Counted from the first letter of the stretch, positions 24,803 through 37,707 are shown. The stretch: DNA of 64,000 nt from Felis catus (GCF_018350175.1 NC_058368.1:99202001-99266000), one strand, 5' to 3'. Numbers and translations are program-made. The notes: generated from the letters alone by a model not told the origin.

Positions 24803-26318
24803 AAGGGTTGTTTTTTTTTTTTTTTTTGGAGAAGTATTCTGACTATATTATGGACTGGGTTTGGACATCATTTGGGGATATTGCAGTAGTCAATGTGAAA
24901 AATGAAAGCAGTGTGGAACATACTAGTATATTTCAACACTTTTGGCAACCAGTTCCTAGGAAGGTAGGGTCTTTGCCCTGATATGCCTGCCTCTTGAAAG
25001 GCAGTTTGAAGAGAAAACAGAAATGTAGTGTTCAGTTCTTATCCAAAAGGAAAGATAAAAATTGGCCTTGGCCGTCTCAGAATCTAGTTGGTTTGCTCTT
25101 AACTTGACATCCTGAAAAAAAGTCTGTAAACATAAAGGCTATGGATCAGAGAAAACTTACTTAAAATGGTAGTTTGCAAGTTAGCTCCCTGGAGATGTGT
25201 AGGCAATAAAATTAATGCAGCACTTGCCTGGCATAAATACTCACTTGTCCCCTGGGAAGTAGACAGTGGCTTATTTACAGGCTACATTTTCATAGACAGC
25301 AGTTTATGTCTCAGCAGTACTTAATATCCATTATACTGCACAAGGCACCCGACACTGGATTTTAAACACAAGAATGTGACGTTGGATGTAGGATGTACAA
25401 TGATTTCTTATTTTGTGAGATACTTGAATACACTGGATTATTTCAGTGCCTTATGTACTTAGGAGAGAATCCGGGCAGAAAACTCAGAAGAATTCTCAAA
25501 GATTTTAAACAGGCATATTTCTAGTTCTTCAAAAGGACAACTTAACTAATAGTCATTCCTACTCAATAAAAGGCAAATATGACATCTACTGATATAAATG
25601 GATTTCTTCAGTAAGGTGTCCAGTGCACTGAAATTCTGACGCTGTAATATTTTTATCAACTTAACAAGACAAAGCAAATAAAGTGAGAGGTTGGGAGACA
25701 GGGGAACCAGGAAACACCCAAGGAATTCTCCAATTTGTACAATGTAAATTGATAGAAATTTGAAATTATATTTTCTACCTTGGAATAGGGACAAGAGGGG
25801 CTAAAGGTTTCTATAATGAAATGAAAGTTGATATGTCAAAATTAAAAAAGGAGTTATTTGAATATCGTTGATACTCGACTATCTTTTCCCTAATTCAAAC
25901 TAATTACCACTGATAGTTGAATAGGAAATTCACCGCTTGAGGTGTCTCTGTGGGAGTGGAGACAGAAGAGGATGTCATAGTAACAAATGTAGATTGATGT
26001 TTCTCATTCTCCTATGGTTCTTACTTTAAATGTTGTGATTTTCTTTTTAACTCAGCAGTTCATACGGAATATTATTCTTTGATTCTTTAAAACCTTTATC
26101 TTAGGTGACTTGGTAGCACTGTAGATAGCATGTCAGTGTCATAAAAACTTGATCAGTTTTATATTGACAGTAATTAAGTCCTGTGTGTGTTTTGACTGAC
26201 ATCTGTGTCAGTGTCTCTTACTCTGGGATGTTTCCAGATCTAAAACAGAATTTATCAGTTTGCTTGATTTTTAATATGCTTTCTTGTCTAAGCTTTGTTG
26301 TGTTAGGGTTCAATTGGC

Positions 26319-26518
26319 TTTTTTTTTTTTTTCAGAGAGAGAGCATGAGTGGGGAAGTGGGGCAGAGAGAGAGAGAATCTTGAGCAGGCTCCATGCTCAG
26401 TGTGGAGCCCAACATGGGGTTTGATCCATGGGATCATGGGATGACGTGATCATTGGGATCATGACCTGACATGAAATCAAGAGTCAGTCGGTCAACCAAA
26501 TGAGCCATCCAGGTGCCC
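26319..26518 (-). mobile_element. Can-SINE with internal ggatcatg duplications
   Basis: TSD gggttcWatt. Confidence 0.9.
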
Positions 26519-26659
26519 TTGGGTTCTATTTGAATGTTTAGTCTGATTCCCTTATTCACTGAAACCTCTGGCAAACAGATTTTACTGGTGTTCTTGAAGG
26601 TTAAATCTCTGATCACGGGTTTGATTAAAACCCCAAACAAGCTGATCTAATCTTAGAAA

Positions 26660-26960
26660 ATGAATGATGAATTATGATGGAAGACAGAATCCCAATTTAA
26701 ATATACCTCAGCAAGCTAAAATGATGTTTAAAAACCAAAAAGTGCAATTTAGGATGAGAAAGTACAAAGTCCTACTTTCAGGTTTTAAAAATAAAATTCA
26801 GGAGTTGCAATAAATCTGATAAATGGGAAAAACAAGACTTAGAAATTTCAGTTAACTGAAAGCTGCAAGCGTTGTCTGAATTCCTGTAGGGATTCAAGAC
26901 ATATTTCTATTTCTTCTTGTGTATCAACCACTTTTTTTAAATGGCCTTCTGGAAGACAGC
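26660..26960 (+). mobile_element. L3/CR1 fragment
   Basis: gacagaatc...aaaaccaaaaagtgcaatttaggatgagaaagtacaaagtcctactttcagg resembles the CR1 RT C-terminal region (MKFN..KCKVLHLG). Confidence 0.6.
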
Positions 26961-26996
26961 AGTAGGTAAACCTAAGCATTAAGAAGAGAGGAAAGA

Positions 26997-27222
26997 GGGG
27001 TGCCTGGGTGGCTCAATTGGTTAAGTATCTGACTTTGGCTCCGGTCATGACCTTGCCGTTTGTGGGTTCGAACCCTGTGTCAGGCTCTGTGCTCACAGCT
27101 CAGAGCCTGGAGCCTGCTTTAGGTTCTATGTCTCCTTCTCTCTCTGCCCCTCCCCCTCTGAGGCCTCTCACTCTGTCTCTCTTTCTGTCTCTCAAAAGTA
27201 AATAAGCATTAAAAAAAAAAAA
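26997..27222 (+). mobile_element. Can-SINE
   Basis: Full body. Confidence 0.95.
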
Positions 27223-28058
27223 ACTTAGGAAAGAAATCTGCATTCTTTGATGCTTGTGGTTTCACATCTCTTTGGACTTCAGCATCTTTGTGTATCAAGA
27301 GACGAGCCGGTCTAATTATTAACCTCTCTTTAGCTTTAATTTGCAAAATGGAATACAAGCTTGTATAACACACTTGTGTGTAAGACTGGTCTGTATCAAG
27401 AGAAGGCAGTTAAGATACTGCTGGGATTTTGCTCCTTATAAACCACTGGAAAAACTTTCTATATTGTAAAGGGAATACATCCCTCTCAGAAGCCAAAACA
27501 CAAATCACTGGGAGAATACAGAAAAGTGTGTTTTATTAACACGTGTCATTTACAGCCTACATACAGTCTGACAATCTACCAGAGAAATTTTAAAGAAAAG
27601 GTTATGGTTTTGATGTACTTTAGAACATTGACCTAGTTGTCTAACTCACCTAGTAATTTTATCTTAAGTTTATTTAATACTCAAAATTTATGTGTAATGC
27701 TCTTAGAAATAGCTTTATTATTATGAGTGCCTCTTTAGCTAAATATAGAGCTTTATGTTCATTTTATGTTTTTCTGAAAATCATGTTGTAAACTTTTGTC
27801 AAGTCTATATGACGACATAAGGAATTCAACAGATAGTTTTATTTTCTAGGACCTTGGTAAGGTCTTTTGAAAGCATTTTATTTTCTTTCCTGCGAGCAAC
27901 CTTTTTCTGTTCGCAGTCACATTTCATAAGGTTAGGTAAATTAAAATTAAATTATAATTACAGTAATCACTTGAACTGCCTAATCAAGGTTGAGATAAGT
28001 ACTTAACTTGACTACAGGAACAGAAATCCATTGGATAGTAAAAGATATTAGAATAGTA

Positions 28059-28284
28059 GGGGCACCTGGGTGGCCCAGTTGGTTGAGTGTCCACCTCTTG
28101 GTTTCAGGTTGGGTCATGATCCCAGGGTTGTGGAATCGAGCCTCATGTCGAATTCTACACTGACTGTAGAGCCTGCTTGCGATTCTCCCTCTCTCTGCCC
28201 CTCCCATGCTCATGAGCGTGTGCTCTCTGCCTTTCTCTCTCTCATGGAAAATAAAATAAAATAAAATAAAACAAAATAAAAATA
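28059..28284 (+). mobile_element. Can-SINE
   Basis: Full body, (TAAAA)n tail. Confidence 0.93.
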
Positions 28285-28372
28285 ACAGTGAAATCATATG
28301 GTATTTGTCTTTCTCTGACTGGCTTATAGTACACTTGAAACTAATAAAACACTGTATATTAACCAACCTGGA
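28285..28372. mobile_element. Tiny 5'-inverted carnivore L1 (antisense piece + sense 3' end)
   Basis: 28285-28326 is antisense of cagtcagagaaagacaaataccatatgatttcact; 28327-28372 is sense gtacacttgaaactaataaaacactgtatattaac. Confidence 0.7.
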
Positions 28373-29420
28373 ATTAGAATACACATGATAGGAATGTTTA
28401 TCTGGTGAACCAATGGGACATTGGTAGTTTGTTAAGAAGAGTGAAATTTTCCACGCTGATACTCGTGTAAATAATAAGATCTCTGCATGCCTCGTTTTCA
28501 AGTCTGTAAGGAAAAGGTCTGATTAGCTCATTTGCTCCAATCAATTTATTTTAATGTGTCAAATCTTTCCACTGCAATTGGTATCTATTGAAGTTTATGC
28601 TTATGTTTGTGTCTGAACACATGGTTTATTTTCTAGTGAAAGGGGTGATAAGGGAGTGGTGGAAAGTCTATTGAGCAATCTTTATCAGATCACTTATCTG
28701 ATCACTTAACACTTATCTGAGGAGGAGAAAGTATTCCTGGAGAAAAAGGGGTAAGGGAGTTGTTTCAAAGGCAGAGCCCTAGCAGGGGATAATCAAGACT
28801 GGTTTTGCAGCAAAAGAAGGAAGAGCTTTTTGTTTGTTGTTGGTTTATTTGTTTTTAGAAGAAGCTTTATGGATTTAAAATTATGATGGGAAATTGCTTG
28901 AAACTAGAAAACAGTATAGAACAAAGTAGTGCCTGTTTGCTGCATATTTGGCCAGTGAAAGTGGACAGCAACTGGGAAGTTGCTCCAGACAGCAGAGGAT
29001 GTGGAATGCAGTGATGTTATGTACCGCAGCAGGAGAAACAGCAGTTACAGCCAAATGACAAATGACAGGGATGTGCTCCTCCTCGAAGGCAGAGTAAAGG
29101 ATGTGGGCTTTGGAGGACCAGTATGCTGGATTCCTTTCCAGTCTGGATAGTGAGGGTTTGAGTCCATTTTAAGTTACTTTAGACAAAGGAAGAATGTCAC
29201 TGCTTTTCATACCCTAACATGTTATCCTAGGACAAAAACTTACAGCAAATAGGACAACAAAATTCATAAACCTCAGGCATCTGTGAGCAAGATAAAGGAC
29301 ATTATTTAAGGGAGAAGAGACACTAAGAGATAAAGATTAAGTCCTAGGTCGAATGCTTCTACAGGTAATCACAGTACCAGTTTAACTTTGAGAGATGAGT
29401 TTTGTAACTAGTTATGCCTC

Positions 29421-29572
29421 AGAGAGCCTGGGTGGCTCAGTCAGTTGAGCATCCGACTCTTAATTTCAGCTCAGGTCATGATTCCAGGGTCCTGGGATTG
29501 AGCCTCACATCGGGCTCTGTGTGTTGAGCATGGAACCTGTTTAATATTCTCTCTCTCCTTTTGCTCCTCCCC
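29421..29572 (+). mobile_element. Can-SINE (tail-less)
   Basis: Head and body. Confidence 0.9.
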
Positions 29573-29603
29573 GTTAAAGAAGGTCTGAATAAATGGAAAG
29601 ATA

Positions 29604-29850
29604 GGGACGCCTGGGTGGCTCAGTTGGTTAAGCATCTTACTTTGGCTCAGGTCATGATCTCATGGTTTGTGGGTTTGAGCCCTGCTTTGGGCTCTGTGCT
29701 GACAGCTCAGAGCCTGGAGCCTGCTTCAGATTCTGTGTCTGCCTCTCTCTCTCTGCCCTTCCCCCACTCATGTTCTGACTCTCTATCTCTCTTTCTGTCT
29801 CACACACACACGCACACACACACACACACACAAATAAACATTGAAACAAA
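29604..29850 (+). mobile_element. Can-SINE with (CA)n expansion
   Basis: Full body. Confidence 0.95.
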
Positions 29851-29939
29851 TTTTTAAGAACTCTAGGAAATGGCCTCTTGAATTCTTGACATACTCCATA
29901 TTATATTTCTTGAAAAGATGTTGCAAAACCTAGGTTAGA

Positions 29940-30147
29940 GGGGTGTCTCAGTGGCTCAGCCAGTTAAGCATCTAATTTTGGCTCAACTCATGATCTCATG
30001 CGTTCGTGGGTTCGAGCCCCACATTGGGCTCTATGCTGACAGCTCAGAACCTGGGGCCTGCTTAGGATTCTGTGTCTCCCTCTCTCTCTCTGCCCCTTCC
30101 CAATCGTTCTCTCTCTCTCTCAAAAATAAATAAACATTGAAAAAAAC
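29940..30147 (+). mobile_element. Can-SINE
   Basis: Full body. Confidence 0.95.
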
Positions 30148-31320
30148 AGCCCAGATTAGAAAATTGGGCTTCCAACTTAGTGATTTATTGCCTCCAGAAA
30201 GAGTGAATTGATGAATCATTTCCCCTTCAAGTCACTTTTTTCAACAGTTGAGGCATTTAAACTGAATGCAACTGATTACAATAAGGGCTTTAGCTGTTTA
30301 ACGTGGTGATTCTATGTGTGCCAAGTTCGAGGTGCAAAAAAGAATGTAGTCTTGAAATATGGTGCCCTCACTTAAAATAACCACTTTGTATGGAAATTAA
30401 TGTACTTAAGGGCTAAACAAACAGACCTTTTTCTTTTCTTTTTTTTCCCCCTTCCCATGCATAGGAGAAAGGAAATGAATACCAGTACAGTTAACATATT
30501 CTATTCCATCAAGTTCTCTTGTTCACTTGTTCTTTCATTCTTCTCGTTAATAAAATCTGAAAGCCATCTGTACATAATGTGCGAGGTAAATTGAATAGAC
30601 AGAGTAATTTTATTAGTGATTTAATTTACCTAGCAGCAGTGTTTCTAGAAGCGTCTGGGTTTTTCCCACTCTATATTTCCAAACCATAATTCCTTCCCTT
30701 TCATAAGTACCATTATATTAAAAGTTGTTGAAATAAACTAGATTATGAATTTTCTAACTGCACAGAATAATGGTTATCCAGCTAGGAAAATAAGTCTTTT
30801 TAATAGATGATGCCATCTTATTCATGTTTATTGAAGTTTAATGGCCAAAGCAGCAGACCTTGGAAGAATGCTGGTGTTCAGGGAATTTCCTTAAATTGGA
30901 ATCTTAATCCAACTGGAAAATGGTCAGGGGAAGCACTTATATGCAGAGGATGTAATAAGTATGTTGATGCAACCCCCCCCCCCCCCCGCATGCATTCCGT
31001 GGGGATTTTTTCTTTTTTTTTAAGGAGACATATGTTTTGCTGACCATGTGAAATTATCCCTCTCTCTCAGTTAAATATTACAGGTGGGGAATCCAGAAAA
31101 ATGACAAAAGAAAACACCATCAAGGTCTCAATGAAATTCTTACAAAATATCATGTATCAGAAAAGATTACATGATATTATACAATAGCAAGAGTATTACT
31201 CGAGATAAGAATTGAGTATTTTATAATTACTGGACAGTCAACTAAATCTAAGTTTTGCTATTACCCCCTAATTCTGAAGATCATTCCTTTAGTTTGCATG
31301 CATTTGGATTATAGCTTCTT

Positions 31321-31470
31321 TTGTATTTTAAGTTTATTTACTTACTTTGAGAGGAAGGAGGTAGGGAGAGAGAGGGAGGGAGGGAGAGGGGAGGGAGAAG
31401 GGGGGAGGGAGAGGGAGAATCCCAAGCAGCCTCCATGCTGTCAGTGCAGACTGAGTCACCCAGGCACCCC
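31321..31470 (-). mobile_element. Internally deleted Can-SINE
   Basis: Head joined to the 3' body; TSD tggattataRcKtctt. Confidence 0.9.
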
Positions 31471-31599
31471 TGGATTATAACGTCTTAATTCTGACTCTAT
31501 TTTCAAAGCGTATTGCCAGGAGCAAGCAAAAGCTAGATAATCACCCCAGTTCACAGTGTTCAAGAGATTAAATGAGAAGGTAAGTGAGCTGAATGATGA

Positions 31600-33124
31600 G
31601 TCTGTGTCCATGAGGTCAAAGGGATATAGTTACTGCTCACAAAGAATATGTTAGAACCAAAGAAAGTGAGGCCCCGAGATGTCTCTTGAGTGACCGCTAG
31701 AGACCATCAGAGCTGGAATCAAACCAGACAGGTTGGCTCTCTGTGAGAGAAGAGTTTCTATATGTAGAATCCTAAGCCTAACTAAATAGTCCTTGAGGTA
31801 AATGACAGAACTAATACATTTTCAGATATCTAAAGACAGGCGATTTATCCTCCATGAATTTTTCTCAAATAATTATTTGACCTTGTATTGTAGCAAGATG
31901 AAAAATAGATGAAAACAGAAATTAGGGGGAAAAATGTAGTCAGTTCCAAAAAATGCATTTAGTTAAATGAAAATAATTATTGGTTATACAAAAAAAACAC
32001 GTGCTTGCAAAAAAAAAAAATGATCCAAGGAAAAGGTTGAAATTACAAAACAGTAGTGGCAACCTAAGAACTTCAGAAAATGTGTAAGTGAATGGAAAAA
32101 AATATTGATTTCAAAAGTACACATAAACAAGCAAGTAATAGTGATACGGGTAATTTAATTTTTATGAACTTTTCCAGAATTGAGAAAAAATTTGGTATGT
32201 TGTTCTATGTTACAGAAACTTTTTTAGAGCAAAGGAAAAGGGAAAAGAAATTTTAAATCGTTTTATTAGGTCATTTTAAATTATACTAACTCTAGACAGA
32301 CAAATCAATGAAAGATAGATTTAGGCAAATCTCAATTATGAAAATAAAATGCAAAAATACTAAATCAATACATACCCATTGGAATGATGTCTCATATGCT
32401 AGGAGTATGTCCTACCAGTTGGAAGTCTAGAGGCAAAGAAACCCATTATATTATATAGAACCATTAAAAATGCTGGAAACATTATTAGCTACATTTGTAA
32501 ATGTTTCTCAGTGATACAGGCAGTATATTTAAAAAAAATCAATTTTCAAGAAAGAAAAAAAATGTTATAACTCGCACTGAATAGTTCAAAGGTAGACAAG
32601 GCAGAAGCTAATAGAATTACAAGGGAATTTAACAAATTCACCATATAGTTGTGTTTCCAAAGAATGCTTAATGCTAAATATATAAAGCAGACAAAAATGT
32701 CTTATAGTTGTATAGTCAATATGGACTACAACAATTAACATTTTTGATCATCACATCTAATATGTAGAAAATATAGGTTTTAAAAATTGAGTAACCATCT
32801 ACAAAATCAATTATATACAAGTACCCAATTAACAATAAGTCTCTCAGCAACTATCACTTGCAGCACCATCTTCAAGCAAAATGAAATTAAATCACAGTAT
32901 AATAGGGGAGAGGCTTGGCAAACCAAAAACACAGTATCATGTGACCTATGGATCAATTAAGAAAAAAGAATGAAAATAAGTCAATAAGTAAAACTGAAAA
33001 AACATAAGGATGTAGTGTCAAAATTTTCTAAAATTATTGCTAGAAAGGAATTTACAACTTTAATTGCTAATATTAAAATAAAAGAGGGAGTGAAAATTTG
33101 TGCGCTAAGCAGACATGCTAAGAA

Positions 33125-33172
<48 letters not shown>

Positions 33173-33300
33173 AAAGCCAAAAGCAAAGGAAAGATAATTA
33201 AAAAGAAATCATAGAAACATGACAGAACTATAATGACGCCAAGGCTTGAGTTGTTCCTTGAAAAGATTAATAAAATTGGCTAATTTCAGCAACAATTAAT
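31600..33300 (+). mobile_element. Old L1 (L1M) ORF1/ORF2 remnants
   Basis: A-rich; gttgttccttgaaaagattaataaaattg resembles ORF2 WFFEKINKID; (CA)n at 33128-33170. Confidence 0.65.
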
Positions 33301-33860
33301 GATACAGAGAAGAGGAGAAAGAAAAAGGCAAAGAGAAGGGGAGAGAAAGAGAAGGAGAAAGAGGGAGAAGGAAGGAAAGAAGGAAGTGAGGAAGGAAGGA
33401 GAAGAAAAGACAAGGAAGAAAAGAAAGATAGGAAAAGAAAAGAAAGAAGGGAAGAAAAGAAAGAAAGAAGTAAAGAAAGAAAGGAGAAGAAAAGAAAGAA
33501 ACAAAGAAAGAAAGAAAAAAGAAAGAAAGAATGGGGCCCCTGCGTGGCTCAGTCAGTTAGATGTCTGACTTCAGCTCAGGTCATGATCTTACAGCTCATG
33601 AGTTTCCAGCCCCGTGTCAGGCTCTGTGCTGACAGCTCAGAGCCTGGAGCCTGCTTCATATTCTGGGTCTCCCTCTCTCTCTCTGCCCTTCCCTCACTTG
33701 TGCTCTGTCTCTGTCTCTAAAAAATGAATAAATGTAAAAAAAATTAAAAAAGAAAATTAAAAAAGGAGAAGAAAAGAGAAGGAAGGAAGGATGGAAAGAA
33801 AGATAAGGAAAGAAAAGAAAGGCAGAAAAGAGATGGAAAGGAAGATGGGAGAGAGAATCA
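33300..33860. repeat. GA-rich low-complexity tract split by a SINE
   Basis: Purine-rich GAAA/GGAA runs at 33300-33530 and 33750-33860. Confidence 0.9.
33533..33750 (+). mobile_element. Can-SINE
   Basis: Full body. Confidence 0.95.
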
Positions 33861-33869
33861 GAAACCAAA

Positions 33870-33990
33870 CATGTGGTAGTGTGATACAGCGTTACCATCT
33901 GAAGTATCTAGGTAAGGGATGCATGGGATTTTTTTGTACTGTTTTTGCAGTTTTCTCCAAGGCTGTAATTATGCCAAATTAAAAATTTTA
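33870..33990 (+). mobile_element. Old L1 (L1MC/ME) 3' end
   Basis: gttaccat...ggtaagggatgcatgggatt...tgtactgtttttgcagtttt...aaattaaaa. Confidence 0.65.
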
Positions 33991-34889
33991 AATGCTCCAA
34001 ATTTTCACAAAGGATTATATTTTATGAATTTTAAGTTACTTGAATTTTGTGTTTCATTTAGCAAGTTCACAGAAGTGCGTCAATTCAAGATTATCTTACT
34101 GCATAAAAAACAATCTAAAGACAGGGATTTAAAATTAAATCACAAAATGTAAAGATTTGCATCAAGAAAGAGCATTGGATATGCAGCCTTGTTCAGGATG
34201 ACAGTCAAAAAATGGAAAATATGAAATACTGTTCAATGGCATTTTGTGAAATATTTTTACTTTTGTGATAAGTTAGTACAATACATGAAAGGCAAATGAT
34301 TTGCTATACATATATTTTATGTACACTGGGCTGTTTGTTAAAAGTAGTATGAAAGACATTCTCTGACAATGTCAAGAGTAATTAGTTAGGTTATATTTGA
34401 ATTCCTTTGTGCTTTTCCACTTACTGCCTGCCATCCACCTGACAACTCTCCAGGATACAAATATTCAGGAAATCATTAAGAACTTGACCATGGAATAGTG
34501 GAGGTTTCAGTGTGATTTGGGGCATTTACATGTTCTTTTCAGGACTAAGCTTTCTAAATTGATAGAACTTTGGAGTATATCAGAAGGGTGTATCAATCAG
34601 TCTGAAGTGACACCATGTTCATAACAAGAAAAGTATCACATGTAGAACAATCACCACAGAAATTAGGATTTTTTCTGACGTGATCACGAAGAAAGCCACA
34701 AAGTTGAACACATCCCATCTCCCGTATCTCAGTTACCTTGAGTGTACGTGCATAGACTAATGAATTTTAGGATGAAAAGATCCTTGTTTTCAACTTGTAT
34801 CCACTAAAAATACAGTGGTACAGTTGTATGGTTCTATCATAATCTGAAATTATGATTTTTTTCTTGATAATTTTGATTTTCAATATATA

Positions 34890-35086
34890 TTTTTTAAATT
34901 TTTTAGATTTATTTTTTTACTTGTGTGGGGGGAGGTGACGGACAGAGAGAGAGGGAGAGAGAAGATTCTAAGCAGGCTCTGCCCTGTAAGTGAAGAGCCC
35001 AAGGTGGTGCTTGATCTTACCACCTTGAGATCATGACCTAAGCTGAAATCAAGAGACATTAACTGACTGAGCCACTCAGGTGCCTC
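34890..35086 (-). mobile_element. Can-SINE
   Basis: TSD about caatat(ct)atattttt. Confidence 0.92.
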
Positions 35087-35159
35087 CAATATCTATATTT
35101 TTAAATGAAAAGTATTTTCTCTTGCTCCTCTATCAACACTACCACTGCCACCACTGCCT

Positions 35160-35634
35160 CCTCCTTCTCTTCCTACTTTCCCTCCTCTCTCTCCTCTCCC
35201 TCCTCCTCCTCGTCTCCCTCCTCCTCCTCCTCCTCGTCTCCCTCCTCCTCCTCCTCCTCGTCTCCCTCCTCCTCCTCCTCCTCGTCTCCCTCCTCCTCCT
35301 CCTCCTCGTCTCCCTCCTCCTCCTCCTCCTCGTCTCCCTCCTCCTCCTCCTCCTCGTCTCCCTCCTCCTCCTCCTCCTCGTCTCCCTCCTCCTCCTCCTC
35401 CTCGTCTCCCTCCTCCTCCTCCTCCTCGTCTCCCTCCTCCTCCTCCTCCTCGTCTCCCTCCTCCTCCTCCTCGTCTCCCTCCTCCTCCTCCTCGTCTCCC
35501 TCCTCTTCCTCCTCCTCGTCTCCCTCCTCTTCCTCCTCCTCGTCTCCCTCCTCTTCCTCCTCCTCGTCTCCCTCCTCTTCCTCCTCCTCGTCTCCCTCCT
35601 CCTCCTCCTCCTCCTCCACCTCCTCCTCCTCCTC
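35160..35634. repeat. Polypyrimidine minisatellite: (CCT)n punctuated by CGTCTC, 24/21-bp units
   Basis: 17 CGTCTC markers between 35211 and 35594. Confidence 0.97.
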
Positions 35635-36480
35635 TTATTCTTTTGGAAAACAGGTTTAACCTGCAGACATTGGAGGGAGTTGATTCAAATAAACAATCTG
35701 AAGGTCCCAAAGCCTCTGGTTGCACTAAATTTTTCCTTTGCTTAAATACCTGACTGTCCACATAGTCACTTTTGTATAATAAGTGAAGGGTTTCTTCAAA
35801 ATGCAGTCAGGTTGTGAGAAGTTAACTAAGCCATATTCAGCACTTAACCCTTATGTTCTATTTAGAATGATAGATCAATCAAAAAATAACCCAATAAATT
35901 TGAAGAATTTTACAAAAGCCATGCGGAACAGCTTGGCAGACACCTGGCATGAAGAGAGCTGTGATGAGATATTGATGAGTTTTTGTTGATTTGCTTATTT
36001 ATTTTAATAAACAACTGCACACATTTGTTCTGAACATGTCACATGGAGCCATTGGTTTGGCTCTGCTCTGAGTGTCTTTGACTTCTGGGAAGTTAACTTG
36101 GGGAGCATCCCATGTGGAACTAAAGCTCTCCTAAGAGTGCTGGACACAGACCTTAAGACAGGATGCTCACCAGTGAGGAGAAACTGAGGCAGAGTGCACA
36201 TTTCATATGTTGACAGTCCACACAAGCCATGCACTTACTGGCTTGTAGCTCTTGCTTCAGAGTGATGATTTGGTCTTTCTCAGCATTGATGATTTTACTG
36301 TCACCATGAGCATTGTTGAACTTCATCTGAGCCCTGTGGCCTCAGAAAGCAGCAGTGACTATGAAACCTCCCCACCGTTGCGTATTCCTTGCTAAGATGT
36401 TTTCCTTCTTTCCTCAGGACTCCCATCAGACTTCTGGAGGACTCCTTTATTTACCTGCCTCTACAAAACCCAGTCTCCCT

Positions 36481-36546
36481 TCTTTCCTTTTCTTTTCTGT
36501 TCTTTCTTTTCTTTTCTTTTCTTTTCTTTTCTTTTCTTTTCTTTTC

Positions 36547-36579
<33 letters not shown>

Positions 36580-36935
36580 AATTTTTTTCCATGTTTTTAT
36601 TTATTTTTGGGACAGAGAGAGACAGAGCATGAACGGGGGAGGGGCAGAGAGAGAGGGAGACACAGAATCGGAAACAGGCTCCAGGCTCTGAGCCATCAGC
36701 CCTGAGCCTGACGCGGGGCTCGAACCCCCGGACCGCGAGATCGTGACCTGGCTGAAGTTGGACACTTAACCGACTGCGCCACCCAGGCGCCCCTTTTCTT
36801 TTCTTTTCTTTTCTTTTCTTTTCTTTTCTTTTCTTTTCTTTTCTTTTCTTTTCTTTTCTTTTCTTTCTTTCTTTTTTCTTTATTTTCTCTTTTCTTCTTT
36901 TTATTGTCTTTCTTTCTTTCTTTTCTTTTCTTTCT
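36481..36935. repeat. (CTTTT)n tracts flanking a SINE
   Basis: About 36481-36570 and 36794-36935. Confidence 0.95.
36570..36793 (-). mobile_element. Young felid Can-SINE (gctgatggctcag variant)
   Basis: CpG-rich, near consensus. Confidence 0.97.
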
Positions 36936-37096
36936 TAGTATCAGACAGAAGTGGGGAGGGGCAGGGGGCAGAAGATCTGAAGTGAGCTCTGTGCTGACAA
37001 CAGAGAGCCCAATGTGGGACTTAAACTCACAAACTATGAGATCATGACCTGAGCCAAAGTTGGTTGCCCAACCGACTGAACCACCCATGGGCCCCC
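36936..37096 (-). mobile_element. Can-SINE (older)
   Basis: Head and body; tail expanded into (GAAAA)n. Confidence 0.92.
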
Positions 37097-37707
37097 TCCC
37101 TTCCTTTTCTTTGAAATGTTTTTCATTAATGTTCCCTCTACTGCATTAGTCTCCATAAAATCCTATCTGCATTTTGTTGTTGTTGTCGTTGTTTACACCA
37201 CAAATGTTAACAAAGGACAGGAGAAGCACAATATGTTCGACATTTATTTTCTTTTAATCCTCTTTTTCAAGGAGAATGTTTTACTAACTGAAACCAAACT
37301 TTACAAATTTAGGTACATGGAAATTAAAGACATATCTAACCAGAGATTTTCTCATTTTCCTGCTTCTTCCTAAATCCTTTCCGTGATCCCTGTCTGATTT
37401 CTGTCACCTGGTCCTGATCTGTCTCTCCAGCCACATGTTTCACGCTAGCAAAATAGATGCTGTGTTGCCTGAACATGGCTCACTTAAGCCTTTCCGAGTC
37501 ACATTGGGTTCATTGCAATATTTGTATTTGCCCTAATCATAGAATGCATCACTACTTTTCCTTCCTGAAAAGCCAAATATCTACTTGTATAAACCCTTAA
37601 TATATTTTTTAAGATTTTTATTATGGTCTGAATATATGTGCTGACTCTGGCTTCCTACCTATCCCTGATAGTTTTCTGTATGTCTCTTAATACTTCTTGG
37701 TTTAAAT

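Noticed and set aside
28958..29147. Open frame KWTATGKLLQTAEDVECSDVMYRS...
   Set aside because: No convincing splice sites or recognisable homology.
33286..33982. K/R/E-rich and F/L/S-rich ORFs
   Set aside because: Translations of the GA-rich low-complexity tract.
35211..35594. CRISPR-like regular array
   Set aside because: The intervening segments are identical CCT runs, not unique spacers, and the DNA is eukaryotic.
35080..35761. Four long overlapping ORFs (poly-L, poly-G/R, poly-S, EEEEEEGD acidic repeat reminiscent of RPGR ORF15)
   Set aside because: A triplet-based repeat is stop-free in several frames. There is no unique flanking coding sequence or exon context, and one ORF starts in a SINE.
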